Positions 24,100-35,000 of a stretch of 39,842 nt of DNA are shown here, piece by piece; position 1 is the stretch's first letter, and each line of letters begins with the position of its first letter. Made by a program: the position numbers and the translations under genes. Source of the DNA: Christensenellaceae bacterium (lineage in GTDB: Bacteria > Bacillota > Clostridia > Christensenellales > Borkfalkiaceae). The notes under the pieces are model-generated. The model had not been told where the DNA came from, did no database searches, and saw only the letters and a list, made by a program, of their open reading frames with translations. Location of the stretch: positions 1 through 39,842 of the forward strand of contig JAZRHN010000027.1 of assembly GCA_045644785.1 (NCBI GenBank), in the 5' to 3' direction.

Positions 24100-27000
24100 T
24101 ATTGGTTTGCGTGAGCGTTCGAGAGTAACCTTAAGCGGATTTAAGGGGCTTGATACTTTATCGTCTGTGGTAGATGTAAACGCAATACACGCTACTGAAA
24201 TGCAAAACTTAATATCTAGAGACGGCGTAAATCATAAGCGATTTGGTTGGAAAACGCAGTATAGATTTCGTGAGCATAGTAAATTCCTTAAAATTCTAGG
24301 GATATTTAACTTTACGCTATTTCTTATTGACTTTTTAATTGTTTATGCAAGTTATGAGAAAGACGGAAACAAAGAAAATAGGTTTTATTTAGTGGATAGA
24401 AAAACCAACGGCTATACCGACATAACCAACATTAAATTAGATAGTGAAGGGAATATTGCTTTAGAGAATAATGCACACTTGCCAAGTGAAGTGTCGCCCG
24501 TAGATACAAAAGAACTTACCGATACTGAATGTAAGTGTTTTATAAACGGAAACAAAGCATACTTTATAGGCTGTGGTGATTTTCTTGTTTTCTCTAAATG
24601 GGAAGTGAAAGGAAGTGAATATTTTGAACTTCGTAGAGTTGCGGGAAATGAAGACGTTCATATTCCTACCACGACTGAAAACATTGGTAGTGAAGAATAC
24701 GGACAAAATTACACGCGAATTACTGCCGAAGAAAGAAACCTTTTATCGCCTTATGTATATAACACTTTGTTTGGTGTAGATAATCTAGAAGCGGATAAAC
24801 TTGCGACATATTATTTAGATACGCTAGATGCGACCGATATTGAAGTTAAGATAGAAAATTCCGAAGGCGATGAGATTCTTTTAACGCTTGATAAAAGTGC
24901 TGCGGTTGAAGACGGAAAAGTAAGAAACGAAATCAAAATAAAGAATAGCGTTAAGGAAAGAATAACTAACGGCTCTACGTTTAATGAATTAGAAATTGAA
25001 GTTGGAGAGCATAAGTGGGAAGAAAATGGCGAATCAGGAACAAATCTCTATGAGATTTTGCTTGATGTTGCAAGGATAACACCGTCTACGCCTGCAAGTG
25101 TTCGTTTGGCGACACTCACAAATGGTGGCGAAATATATCTTAAACCTGCGGTAACTAAATACTCTGAATATATAGAGTGTTATAGGGAAATGTTTGGACC
25201 AACACACGGAAGGGTTGCATATTATAGAAAGCCCGAAAAAATGTCTTACTTGGTGCTATATAAACTAAACAACAATGTAGTTGAATTGGCAAAAGTAAGT
25301 GAAAAAAGTGTTAGTTGTAGAGTAGCAAGCACAAGTTTTAACCAAAGCAAAACAAGTATAACACTCGAATTTGAAATAGATTTTAACTTGGGAAAAAATA
25401 CTTACTATTACGATAGCAAGGAAAAACTGGAAGTAGAATCTAGTAGCGTGTTAGAAATAGTTGCAAATAACGTAACAAAATTAACTGATAGCACAAAGCA
25501 ATATGAAGCGGATTTTGTTTTTCAAAAAGGAATGCTTTACATTAAGGGCGTAGCAAATAAAGCAGATGCGTTAAAACCATTAGTGCCAGATGTTCCTAAC
25601 ATACAAGTTAAACTTACTAGACCTTATGATGCAACGGTTATAACGTCTGCAATTAAAGCGTGTGAGTTTGGTGCACAAGGTGGCACGGATAGATTATTCC
25701 TAGTAGATAGCACAGGTAATACTATACGTTGGAGCAAAGACGAAGATTTTACTTACTTTGGCGACAAATCGTGGTGTGTATGTGGAACTTCCGATAAGAG
25801 CATAACGGGTATGGATAGGCTAAACGATAGTACGTTGCTTATCGTAAAAGAATACTCTCCAAGAGAGCCGTCAATATTCGTAATTACGGGTAACATTGTA
25901 ACAGGCGAAAAAGAAGGTGGATATATAGATTACTCTGCATTGTTTACACCGCACGGCTATCAAGTGGGTATGGGTGCGGTCGGAGACATAGTCAACTTTA
26001 ATGGCGATTGCCTTATGGTTGCCAAAGACGGATTATATGCCGTTGCATTAGGCGAAAATATGACAGTAGATGCGAGATATTTATTGCATCGTTCTAGACA
26101 GATTTCAAATACGCTAGAAAAGTTTGATTTAGCAAAAGCAAAATGCGTGTCGTTCAATGGTAAATTCTTTTTAGCGGTAGGTGGAGAGTGTTTTGTAGCC
26201 GACAACAAATACACTGCATCATTTAAGGGCGATATGCAAAACGCCGTAAATTACGAGTGGTGGCGTTGGACTAATATTCCCGTTAATGTTTGGGGTTTTG
26301 TAGATAACGAGTTGTGGTTTGGAACTGAAGACGGACAAGTGTGTGCGTTTACCGACAAATTCTACGATGAAGTTTTTATAAATCTTTATGCAGGACTAGA
26401 TGCCTACGAAACTGTTAATGGCGAGATAGTTGCGATAGACTTAAACAACGATATTAAGGCGTATAAAGGCGATATTTTAACGCCTACTTGCGATTTTTAC
26501 GGAAAGATTACTACCGATAAATTCGAATTTGTAAACGGCGAAACAAGGTTTTATTTACCGCTTAACAATTATTCGCCTAATGAAACAATTTATATAGGAA
26601 GCAAGTCTTATCAAATAACTAAAACCGACTTATATTTTTCGATAGGTGAAGAGGTAGATTACGCGGTAAGTGGAAAGAAAGTGACTTTCTATAAGAACTA
26701 TAAAAACAAAGAATTAATTGTAACTGAAGTAAATGATGAGGGTGTTGTTAAACTTAAAGACAAAGAAGATAACGAGTTTGTTGGTGCAAGTGTAGAACTT
26801 AATCCGGCAATAAAAGATTTTACTGCAACATTAAGTCATAAAACGCCTGTTGTTGCAAAGTGGGTTAGTGGTGCTACCGATTTAGGGACAAGAGTATATT
26901 CAAAATCACTCACATACCTGATTTTGACGGGAGAAAAAGACCTTGCAAATCGCCTTAAATACGGACTTAAAACAAGGTTTACCCATAGGGATTATGAGTT

Positions 27001-27214
27001 TTTAAGGGCAAATAATGACTTGGATTTTGAAGGGTTAGATTTAAGCACAGTTTCGTTAGACTCGGAATTTGCTTCTTCGTATTCAAGAAGATTAAACATA
27101 AGAGATGTAAACTTCTTAATGTTCTACTTTATGTCGGATACGGCGGAAGATATTGCAATTAATTCAGTACAAATAGAATTTAAACTTTATAAGCGAAATA
27201 AAGGGGTAAGGTAA
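24083..27214 (+). CDS. Large structural protein (1043 aa; tail/nozzle or spike candidate)
   Basis: Long ORF with an AAGGAAG RBS in the morphogenesis block. No family recognised. Confidence 0.6.
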   Translation: MKINTDIGLRERSRVTLSGFKGLDTLSSVVDVNAIHATEMQNLISRDGVNHKRFGWKTQYRFREHSKFLKILGIFNFTLFLIDFLIVYASYEKDGNKENRFYLVDRKTNGYTDITNIKLDSEGNIALENNAHLPSEVSPVDTKELTDTECKCFINGNKAYFIGCGDFLVFSKWEVKGSEYFELRRVAGNEDVHIPTTTENIGSEEYGQNYTRITAEERNLLSPYVYNTLFGVDNLEADKLATYYLDTLDATDIEVKIENSEGDEILLTLDKSAAVEDGKVRNEIKIKNSVKERITNGSTFNELEIEVGEHKWEENGESGTNLYEILLDVARITPSTPASVRLATLTNGGEIYLKPAVTKYSEYIECYREMFGPTHGRVAYYRKPEKMSYLVLYKLNNNVVELAKVSEKSVSCRVASTSFNQSKTSITLEFEIDFNLGKNTYYYDSKEKLEVESSSVLEIVANNVTKLTDSTKQYEADFVFQKGMLYIKGVANKADALKPLVPDVPNIQVKLTRPYDATVITSAIKACEFGAQGGTDRLFLVDSTGNTIRWSKDEDFTYFGDKSWCVCGTSDKSITGMDRLNDSTLLIVKEYSPREPSIFVITGNIVTGEKEGGYIDYSALFTPHGYQVGMGAVGDIVNFNGDCLMVAKDGLYAVALGENMTVDARYLLHRSRQISNTLEKFDLAKAKCVSFNGKFFLAVGGECFVADNKYTASFKGDMQNAVNYEWWRWTNIPVNVWGFVDNELWFGTEDGQVCAFTDKFYDEVFINLYAGLDAYETVNGEIVAIDLNNDIKAYKGDILTPTCDFYGKITTDKFEFVNGETRFYLPLNNYSPNETIYIGSKSYQITKTDLYFSIGEEVDYAVSGKKVTFYKNYKNKELIVTEVNDEGVVKLKDKEDNEFVGASVELNPAIKDFTATLSHKTPVVAKWVSGATDLGTRVYSKSLTYLILTGEKDLANRLKYGLKTRFTHRDYEFLRANNDLDFEGLDLSTVSLDSEFASSYSRRLNIRDVNFLMFYFMSDTAEDIAINSVQIEFKLYKRNKGVR

Positions 27215-27216
27215 TT

Positions 27217-28317
27217 ATGGAATACAAAAAGAAATTAACACAAGAAGACATAGAAAAGATTTTGTCGGAAGGCGTAAAGAATATGCCCCAAAATCCTGCT
27301 GCGCAAGGTTATAAGCAAGAGCAAATTCGTGGATTTTTCTATATTCCTGAAGAAAAAATTCTTCTTAAGATTATGGAAGTTGAAGACGGAATTGCTGAAG
27401 CATTAAAAGAAATTGTTGCAGGTGGTGGAGAAGGCGGTGCATCAACCGATGTTCAAATCAACGGTGTAAGCATTACAAAAGACGGTGTAGCGAATATTCC
27501 CTATGCTTCAGGGGATAAAGCAGGTCTTTTTACGAGTAATGCTGCTAGTGGTATATTTATAGACGGGAATTCGGGATTTGGCTCAATCGTTGCTGCAACG
27601 ATTGCAGCAATAGATGCTAAAACACAAAAATTTCAGCCTATTGTTCCAGCAAACCTAGATTATGCAGTTAAGGTAGGTATAACCACTAACACTGAAACGC
27701 TTTCGCCCGAAGAAAAAGCGGCTGCGTTGGCGTGGTTAGGTGCTGTTTCTTTACAAGATGTTGACGAAAAAATAGGAGAAGCAACTGCAAACAAAGTTGT
27801 AAAAAGATTTACTGGTGGCAATATCTGGGTACCTTCAGTTTCATCATATAATGGTGCAGCAACAAGCAAATACTATGTTGACAATTTACCTGACTATATT
27901 CCTGCCGAACAAAAAGCAAAATGGGAAAGTTGGTTAGGCAGTAGTGGTGGTGGCACAGGTGGTGGAAGTCAACTTTATTTACACCAAGTGCCAATTCATT
28001 TTACAGGATATGGAAGCGATACACCTGAATTTACTTTAATATTAAACGTATTAAGTTCTCAATCTACTGCTTATGGTAGTGAAACTTCAATAGAAACATT
28101 GGTAAATGACACTTTTAACAAAATCGTTTCTTTATCGTTTGTTAGCACAGAAATTCGTTTTCAAGATGCTATTGTATCTTCATTTATTGTTAAAAATGAT
28201 GCGTGGACTTTAAGGTATATACAATCAGTTACGCAAACTGAATATACGCTTTCCGGACCTGTAGATTATGAAGGTCATAAATTAGAAATTATGACATATA
28301 CACCTACACCATTATAA
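27217..28317 (+). CDS. Tail fiber / receptor-binding-like protein (putative)
   Basis: 366 aa with Gly-rich linkers (GGGEGG, SSGGGTGGGS). Position is distal to the large structural protein. Confidence 0.4.
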   Translation: MEYKKKLTQEDIEKILSEGVKNMPQNPAAQGYKQEQIRGFFYIPEEKILLKIMEVEDGIAEALKEIVAGGGEGGASTDVQINGVSITKDGVANIPYASGDKAGLFTSNAASGIFIDGNSGFGSIVAATIAAIDAKTQKFQPIVPANLDYAVKVGITTNTETLSPEEKAAALAWLGAVSLQDVDEKIGEATANKVVKRFTGGNIWVPSVSSYNGAATSKYYVDNLPDYIPAEQKAKWESWLGSSGGGTGGGSQLYLHQVPIHFTGYGSDTPEFTLILNVLSSQSTAYGSETSIETLVNDTFNKIVSLSFVSTEIRFQDAIVSSFIVKNDAWTLRYIQSVTQTEYTLSGPVDYEGHKLEIMTYTPTPL

Positions 28318-28330
28318 AGGAGAATAGACT

Positions 28331-28540
28331 ATGCAAATTTGGGAAATTCAAAACAAAATAAGAAATCTTAAACAAGAACTTGAAAAATACAAAGAAGATG
28401 TCGAACAAGTAGAATTATTTTCTATGGAACGCACCGACTATGCGACTAAAAAGGCTCGATGTGTAGAGATAATTTTAGAATTAAGAGAACTTGAAAAAGA
28501 ATATAAGGAGAGAGTAAAAAATGGGTTTAAAAACAACTAA
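28331..28540 (+). CDS. Hypothetical coiled-coil protein
   Basis: 69-aa ORF with an AAGGAGA RBS. Confidence 0.55.
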   Translation: MQIWEIQNKIRNLKQELEKYKEDVEQVELFSMERTDYATKKARCVEIILELRELEKEYKERVKNGFKNN

Positions 28541-28859
28541 TTATGTATCAAAAACTTTAGGAGTAAATTTACCTACTGCTTATGCAGTATTATCTACTTT
28601 AATTGTTGAAAAAGACAATAGAGTTAGGGCGATTTTTAGTATTCAAAACACTAGAGAAAACACGCAAGTTTTAGCACCGATTGACAAGGTAGAAATCAAT
28701 TTTATTTGGGATAGATTGGTAAATCCCGTTGCAAAGGCTTATGAACTTGCCAAAACCGAAATAAAGGAAGTTGAAACTTTTAACGACAAAGGCGAAGTTG
28801 TTATTGAAAAAGTAAACGGCGTTCTTTTTGGTTGGGATAACGATATTGTAGGAGAATAA
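28521..28859 (+). CDS. Hypothetical protein
   Basis: 112-aa ORF with an AAGGAGAG RBS. Confidence 0.6.
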   Translation: MGLKTTNYVSKTLGVNLPTAYAVLSTLIVEKDNRVRAIFSIQNTRENTQVLAPIDKVEINFIWDRLVNPVAKAYELAKTEIKEVETFNDKGEVVIEKVNGVLFGWDNDIVGE

Positions 28860-28862
28860 TTT

Positions 28863-29414
28863 ATGAAAAGAAGAATATTGTTAATTAGCATAGTTTTTGC
28901 CTTAATGTTTGCCTTTTCTTTGGGTAGCGTAAGTGTATATGCTAATGAAGTGGAAGATGCCGAGATTGTTACTGAAATTGAAGATGAAGACGAGGTTGAA
29001 AGTTATGTAACAAACGTAACTGAATACATAATCGCAGGCGTTTTAGGTTTACTAGGAACGACTGGTGTTGCGGTGTTGTTTAGAAAGCAATTAAAGGGAC
29101 TAATAAATCGCATTTTAGACGGAATTGCGGCGATATGGAAGAATAAAGAAAATGCCGAAGAAGAACTTAATGCTATTAAAAACAACGTAGATAGCACGCT
29201 TGCAAGTCTTCAAAATGTAAAGGAAGAACTTGTCGATACTAACAAGCACGAATTTGAAGCGTTAAGTAAAAAAGTTAATCTTTTATGTGAAGTTGTGTTG
29301 TATATGGCAGGCGGATTAAAAGAGTTAGTGGTTAATGGAACTGCCGAAAGTATAAGCGATGTGTTAAAGGAAATTGACGGGGAAGTGATTGATAATGCAA
29401 GTAAAGAAGTATAG
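28863..29414 (+). CDS. Secreted or membrane-anchored protein
   Basis: N-terminal signal-like segment ILLISIVFALMFAFSLGSVSVYA plus an internal hydrophobic helix. Confidence 0.6.
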   Translation: MKRRILLISIVFALMFAFSLGSVSVYANEVEDAEIVTEIEDEDEVESYVTNVTEYIIAGVLGLLGTTGVAVLFRKQLKGLINRILDGIAAIWKNKENAEEELNAIKNNVDSTLASLQNVKEELVDTNKHEFEALSKKVNLLCEVVLYMAGGLKELVVNGTAESISDVLKEIDGEVIDNASKEV

Positions 29415-29850
29415 CAAAGTTAAAATGTTTTTTCTTTACGTGTTAAGCGTAATAGTAAATTTAGCACCTTTAATTGTAGTGTTAGTAGTTAATTGGGAAG
29501 TATGCACGAAGACAAGGCGCGAAGGGTTGGCGATAACTGTTACAGGCGCGGTGTGGACGTTATTTTTAATAGCAACTATGTTAGGCACGTTACCGCACAA
29601 AGTAAATAGAGCAGTAAGTATAACGGCGGTATTTTGCGTGTTGGAATTAATGAAACCGTTACTTAAATATATGTGCGTGTTTGCAGGTGCTGCTGCGATT
29701 GGTGCGATATTAGACGGGCTAATTATTAGACCGATTATAAAGAGATATGCGGAATTAAGGGTTGCTTCGAAGACGGCTGATTTGACTTCAATACAAGTTA
29801 AGGAAGCAATCAAGGAAGCGATGAAAGAAGAAAGGTCGGGTAGAGTATGA
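29389..29850 (+). CDS. Multi-pass membrane protein
   Basis: 153 aa with several hydrophobic helices. The start is uncertain (ATGs at 29389, 29395 and 29425). Confidence 0.55.
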   Translation: MIMQVKKYSKVKMFFLYVLSVIVNLAPLIVVLVVNWEVCTKTRREGLAITVTGAVWTLFLIATMLGTLPHKVNRAVSITAVFCVLELMKPLLKYMCVFAGAAAIGAILDGLIIRPIIKRYAELRVASKTADLTSIQVKEAIKEAMKEERSGRV

Positions 29851-30818
29851 GAGACGGCAAAGTAAAAGAAGTAATAAATAATAGTTTTGGCTATATTGTT
29901 GTTGCAATCACTTGTATTTTATATGTTTTAACGACTGTGTTTGTATTAGATGCAACAGGCAAAACTGTTGACCAAATTATAGGTGAAGGCATAATCGCCT
30001 TTTTAATGGGTATATCAATCAACTACTTGTTGAGTATTCAAGGTATATTAAATGGTATGCAAACCGATGACTTACAAGCAACGATGAAATTATATGCAAG
30101 CACGGTTATTAAAATAAGCCCGATTATAAATAAACTTGGCGAATGGTGTCATAGGAAGAATAAACTAACTTATGAGAGGCAACGCACCAAGTTATTAGCA
30201 AGGGCAGGGTTAAGATATAGCGATTGTTTTGAAGAAGACGGAACGGCTAAAATTTTTGTTTTTTCTTATGAGAAAGAGCCTACTTGCAAACAAAAGTATA
30301 GTGATAAACTTTCAAGACAAAGAGAAAAAATAAGAGTTAAAGCGGTTAAGCGTAAAAATCAAGAAGCAAAGAAAGACTATAATTTTAAGCGTAAGTGTTA
30401 TTGGCAGTCAGTAAAATTAAAACTTACCGAACTTTACCCGAACGACTTAACGAGTGAAGGCGGTAAAAAAGATGACCCGAACTATTATGGACAAACTATT
30501 GATGAATATATTTTGGAAAGTAATGGTAAAACGATTGTTGCAAAAGTGTTCTTGGCTTTAATTTTCGGTGTTTATGGGTTTAGGCTAATTGAAAATTTTA
30601 GTTGGATAAATCTAATTTGGACAGGGTTTCAAATATGTACCTTCTTATGCTTTGGTGTAATAAAAATGCGAATGTCTTATATGTTTATCACGAATAGTTA
30701 TCGTGGAAGAATAATTAAAAAGATTGATAACTTGGAAGAATTTGATGCAGACACCGATAGAAATGTTGTTCAAGTAGAAGAAATTAAAAAAGGAGAAAAT
30801 GAAGATGGCAACCAATAA
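29847..30818 (+). CDS. Multi-pass membrane protein
   Basis: 323 aa with N- and C-terminal hydrophobic helices and a basic middle. ATGA overlap with the upstream gene. Confidence 0.6.
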   Translation: MRDGKVKEVINNSFGYIVVAITCILYVLTTVFVLDATGKTVDQIIGEGIIAFLMGISINYLLSIQGILNGMQTDDLQATMKLYASTVIKISPIINKLGEWCHRKNKLTYERQRTKLLARAGLRYSDCFEEDGTAKIFVFSYEKEPTCKQKYSDKLSRQREKIRVKAVKRKNQEAKKDYNFKRKCYWQSVKLKLTELYPNDLTSEGGKKDDPNYYGQTIDEYILESNGKTIVAKVFLALIFGVYGFRLIENFSWINLIWTGFQICTFLCFGVIKMRMSYMFITNSYRGRIIKKIDNLEEFDADTDRNVVQVEEIKKGENEDGNQ

Positions 30819-32055
30819 AAATAAACCTTTAACAGAAGAAGAATATTACGCTAGAGGGAATCGTGTAGATTATCAAACATACTTAAACGACTTTTGGAAG
30901 ATGTATGCTAAACAAAATCCTGATATTAAAAATGGGCATTCTATCGATGAAGCAAGAAATGATAAATTTTATAATTCTAGCGCACAAAAAACTTCAACGC
31001 CTATTACAAATCAACCAAGCACTAACGGCGGATATACAATGGAAGAAGTCGTAAGTGTCGAGCAAACAGGCGAACTACCAAAGGTTGAAGAAAAACCTAA
31101 AAGCGTTTATGACACTTATATGGAAGAAGCGCGAAACATATATAATCAGAACGTAGAAGATAATAATAAGGCTGCTGCAAATCAAGCAGCAATCGCAGGC
31201 GCACAATATAGAGAACTTAATAGAAATATAGGAGAATTAAATAAGGCTAATGGTAGGGCTAATACTGGTTATGCTGGCGACACTTCAATCGATGCTTACA
31301 ATGCTTATAGGAATAGTGTTAATGCAAGTTATTCTAACGCTAATAAGACAAATAACGACTTGTATTCTTATTACTTAAGCGAAGTTGCAAATTTACAACA
31401 AGCAAAAGAAAATAAGGAATACCAAGATAGAACGCTTGCTATGGAAGAACAAGCCTATGCTGACAACAAGGCAACCAATGTGTTGTTTGAAGTTGACAAC
31501 ATTTTATCGCAAGAAGGTGCTTACAATACTGACGGAACTATTAATAGTGAAACGGGTAATAAGATTATGGACTACTTAAATGCGGTATATGAAGGAGAAA
31601 TTCCTTCTGATGTTCTTGCAAGGTTAGGAACTAAAAACGGATTTAAGGATTGGGTAAATGCTTACAACGAAGGTAACGATAAGAGTTACATCAACGAACA
31701 CGAAAATCCATTAAAAGTATATGGCTTGCCGACTGAAGAAGGTTATCGTGGAGCAAATAACACACAAGGCAAAGTTAATGTTCAAGGCTTTGGTACAACT
31801 GATAGACCTAGAAACGATATAGATTTATCTATTGGCGGTGTTGAATATGATTTAAGAATGGGCGATTTAGCAAGTGACACGGAATCAAGAGCATTAGATA
31901 AAATGTTTAGAGATAAGCAACCTAAAATGACCGCTGTGTATAATGGATATATTTACATTGTTGACCATAGCGGAAATTGGCGCAAGATGTGGGGCGATAA
32001 GAACACTATAAACGAAGCGGTAGATGCTTATATTAAGGCATATCAAGGAAAATAA
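30799..32055 (+). CDS. Hypothetical protein (418 aa)
   Basis: AAGGAGAA RBS. No recognised domain. Confidence 0.6.
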   Translation: MKMATNKNKPLTEEEYYARGNRVDYQTYLNDFWKMYAKQNPDIKNGHSIDEARNDKFYNSSAQKTSTPITNQPSTNGGYTMEEVVSVEQTGELPKVEEKPKSVYDTYMEEARNIYNQNVEDNNKAAANQAAIAGAQYRELNRNIGELNKANGRANTGYAGDTSIDAYNAYRNSVNASYSNANKTNNDLYSYYLSEVANLQQAKENKEYQDRTLAMEEQAYADNKATNVLFEVDNILSQEGAYNTDGTINSETGNKIMDYLNAVYEGEIPSDVLARLGTKNGFKDWVNAYNEGNDKSYINEHENPLKVYGLPTEEGYRGANNTQGKVNVQGFGTTDRPRNDIDLSIGGVEYDLRMGDLASDTESRALDKMFRDKQPKMTAVYNGYIYIVDHSGNWRKMWGDKNTINEAVDAYIKAYQGK

Positions 32056-32071
32056 AATAAGAGAGTAAAAT

Positions 32072-35000
32072 ATGTATAATCCTCAAGAATTACAAAGAAA
32101 GGCGCAACTTAACTTACACGGCGTTGATAACAACGCACAAACGAACTTAAGCAACAATGTAACGGCAACGAGTGAAGAAAACGAGCAAGGTTGGTTTACT
32201 AGAGGGCTTGCAACGGTAGGTAATGTTGTAAGTAACATTTTAGAAGGCGCAATCAAGTCAATGGAAGGCGGTATCGATGCTACCGCTATGCTAGTTGGGT
32301 TATTTGGTGCGGACGTTGACGATTTTGTAAGTTACGATTTTACAAGCGATATTTTCGGAACTGATGAAGAAAACGAGGGATTGCTTGATTGGACGTGGGG
32401 CAAGAATTTAGAAGCCACGTCTTATTGGGATAACGATACAATGGTAAATCAAGTGGCAGAAGGCATAGGCGGTATGTTACCGTCTATTGCCTTAAGTTTT
32501 ATTCCTTACGCCGGACCGATACTTTCTAAAGTAGGGTTCTTTGCAGGTGCAATGGGTAACGCATCTGAAACCGCGTTAAAGGAAGGTTCGTCTTATGAAA
32601 AAGCACTTGGTTATGGTGCTTTAAGTGGTGCGATAGAATTAGGAACAGAGTTTATCGGTGGTCGTGTTGTAGGTAAAGGCGGTGGAGAAGCAATAAATAA
32701 AACATTACTTGGCAAACTTGCTACTAGAACAGGTGCTGATAAGGTAATTTCTAAAGGTGTTGGAAAAGTGGCTTACAATTTTGCATCGGAAGGTTTGGAA
32801 GAAGTTGCTGCGGACTTATTAGATGTTGCTAATAGAAGAATCACAGGTGTTGAAAAAGATGCCAAAGTAGATTGGGCGCAGTTGCCGAAGACGTTTGTAG
32901 TAGGTGGTGCAGTTGGTGCGGTTCTTGATGGCATTCAAGGTGGTGCATCGGCTATATACAATAATAAGCGTGGTGGAAAACACTATGTAAGGGTTTCGGA
33001 AAATTTGGAAAATATTGCTAACACTAACAAGGCTTTAGCGTATTTGCAAGAATCGAAATCTATTTCACAGGATAAATTAGATAAGGCGGTTATTAGGAAC
33101 ACCGAAAGAACTATGGATTCTTTAGAAGAAATCTCTAAAGAATTTCAAGCAATGACTGCCGAACAAAGAAAATCGGCATTTGAAACATTAAGAGAAAGCA
33201 CGTCATTCATAGATAACGCGCTTAATAGTGACGGAACAATTAAAGAAAGTGTTCTCGAAAATTATTCAGATGTTGTAAATAATGGTGCGAAGTATAATGT
33301 TTCTAGCAATTTATTATACAATACTACCGAAGTGGAAAACGATATTACTGATATAAATAAACAAAAAGAACTTAATATCGAATTATCTGACACTACTTTT
33401 GATGCCGAACAAAGAAAGAATTTTGCAAAGATAAATAGAAATATTAATCTTATTAGCAAAAAGACTGGCACGGAATTAGAGTTGGTAGTATTTAAGGATA
33501 ATAAAGATGTCAATGCGTTTATAGATAATAATAGAATTTATATAGGCGAAGAACACTTAAAAGACGGAAAGTGGGCAAAGTATTTGTCGCACGAAATTTC
33601 TCACTTTGCTAAAGATAGTAAAGAGTTTAAGAGTTTTGCCGAATTTATTGCTAAAGATGAAAAGGCATTAATGGACGCGTTTAGCAAAATTATTAATTCT
33701 AGGTATGATTTTACTTATAGTGAAGTTAAGAGTATTGTTGAAAGAATTAAAAACGGAAATGTTGGTTTACTTACTGCCAAAGAAAACGCTATTTACGATG
33801 AACTTGTTGCACACGTTGCCGAAGATTTGTTTACTAATGAAGAAAGCATTAATCGTTTAGCAAGAGAAAATACTACTATTGCGCAAAAAATACTTAATGC
33901 TATTAAAGACTTTTTGGCTATTTTTAAGGGAACTAATGCGGATAGAGATACTGTAGTTAGATTAAGAAAAGCCGAAATTCTTTTTGAAAAGGCTTTAGAT
34001 TCTATCGGTAAGGAAGCCAAAACAGTTGATGTTTTGGGAGAAGATAAGGTTGGCGAAAGCAAAACGGATAAGTTAAGATTTTCAAGGAAAATAATTGATA
34101 ACGCTATTGATAAAGCAATTAAGCAAAAAGGCAATTTAGAAGAGAAATATAATCAGATACGTGTATCAAAATTTCCAAATGATGTATCACGAATGGTTGC
34201 AAATGCATCAAATGGGGAAATTAATCTATCGGATAAATATGTTGCTATTAGTGGATACGATATTTGGCACGAGTATCAAAGACATAGTAACGTTGAAGTT
34301 GAAACTAGTAGAGGGCAAATACCTTTAACTAACGATAGTATAAAAGAAGCAGTTGAGGCTATATACTATCCTGATATGATAGAAAGTTTGTTTTCTACAA
34401 ATGGAAATCCAAAGCAAAGAAAAAGTTTTGCATACGCAAAAAAATCCCCTCACGGTTACTACATTGTGGTAGAAGCGGTAGGGGGAAGAAGGAATCCGAA
34501 TGTTGTTCCTGTAATGATTCTTAATTTTAGTGAAACCAAGTGGAATGAGATGATGTCTAATGATTATACGCTTGGGGAATTATTGTATGAAAATGATGAA
34601 AGTTTAAAAAATTCACTTAATATTGAATTTAATAAAAAGAACCGAGTTATTGTGGCGCAATTTGCTTCAAAAAAAGCCATTGCTAATACTCCACATTCTC
34701 CTCAGTTCAATAATATTTTATCACAAGATAATGATATTGTCAATAGAAATGAAAAATTTTCTTTTAAGCATAATGATGAAATTCCCGATTTTGATACAGT
34801 AGAAAGTTTGGATAAATGGTTTGATAGTTTGTCTTTTAAGGAATTGCAAGAACTTGTTTCTGAAATTGAAGAAGATATTAAAGAAGTTAAAGTAGAACAA
34901 CTACCAATATCTAAACAAGAACGTCGAGAAATTGTTGTTAAAAGATTATACGAACAAGGTACTTTAAACAAGTTTGTTACTAAAGTAGTTAAAAGTAAAC

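Noticed and set aside
31385-31579. Alternative-frame plus-strand ORFs inside long genes (31385-31579 and 37698-37883)
   Set aside because: They are embedded out of frame within strongly supported ORFs and have no RBS.
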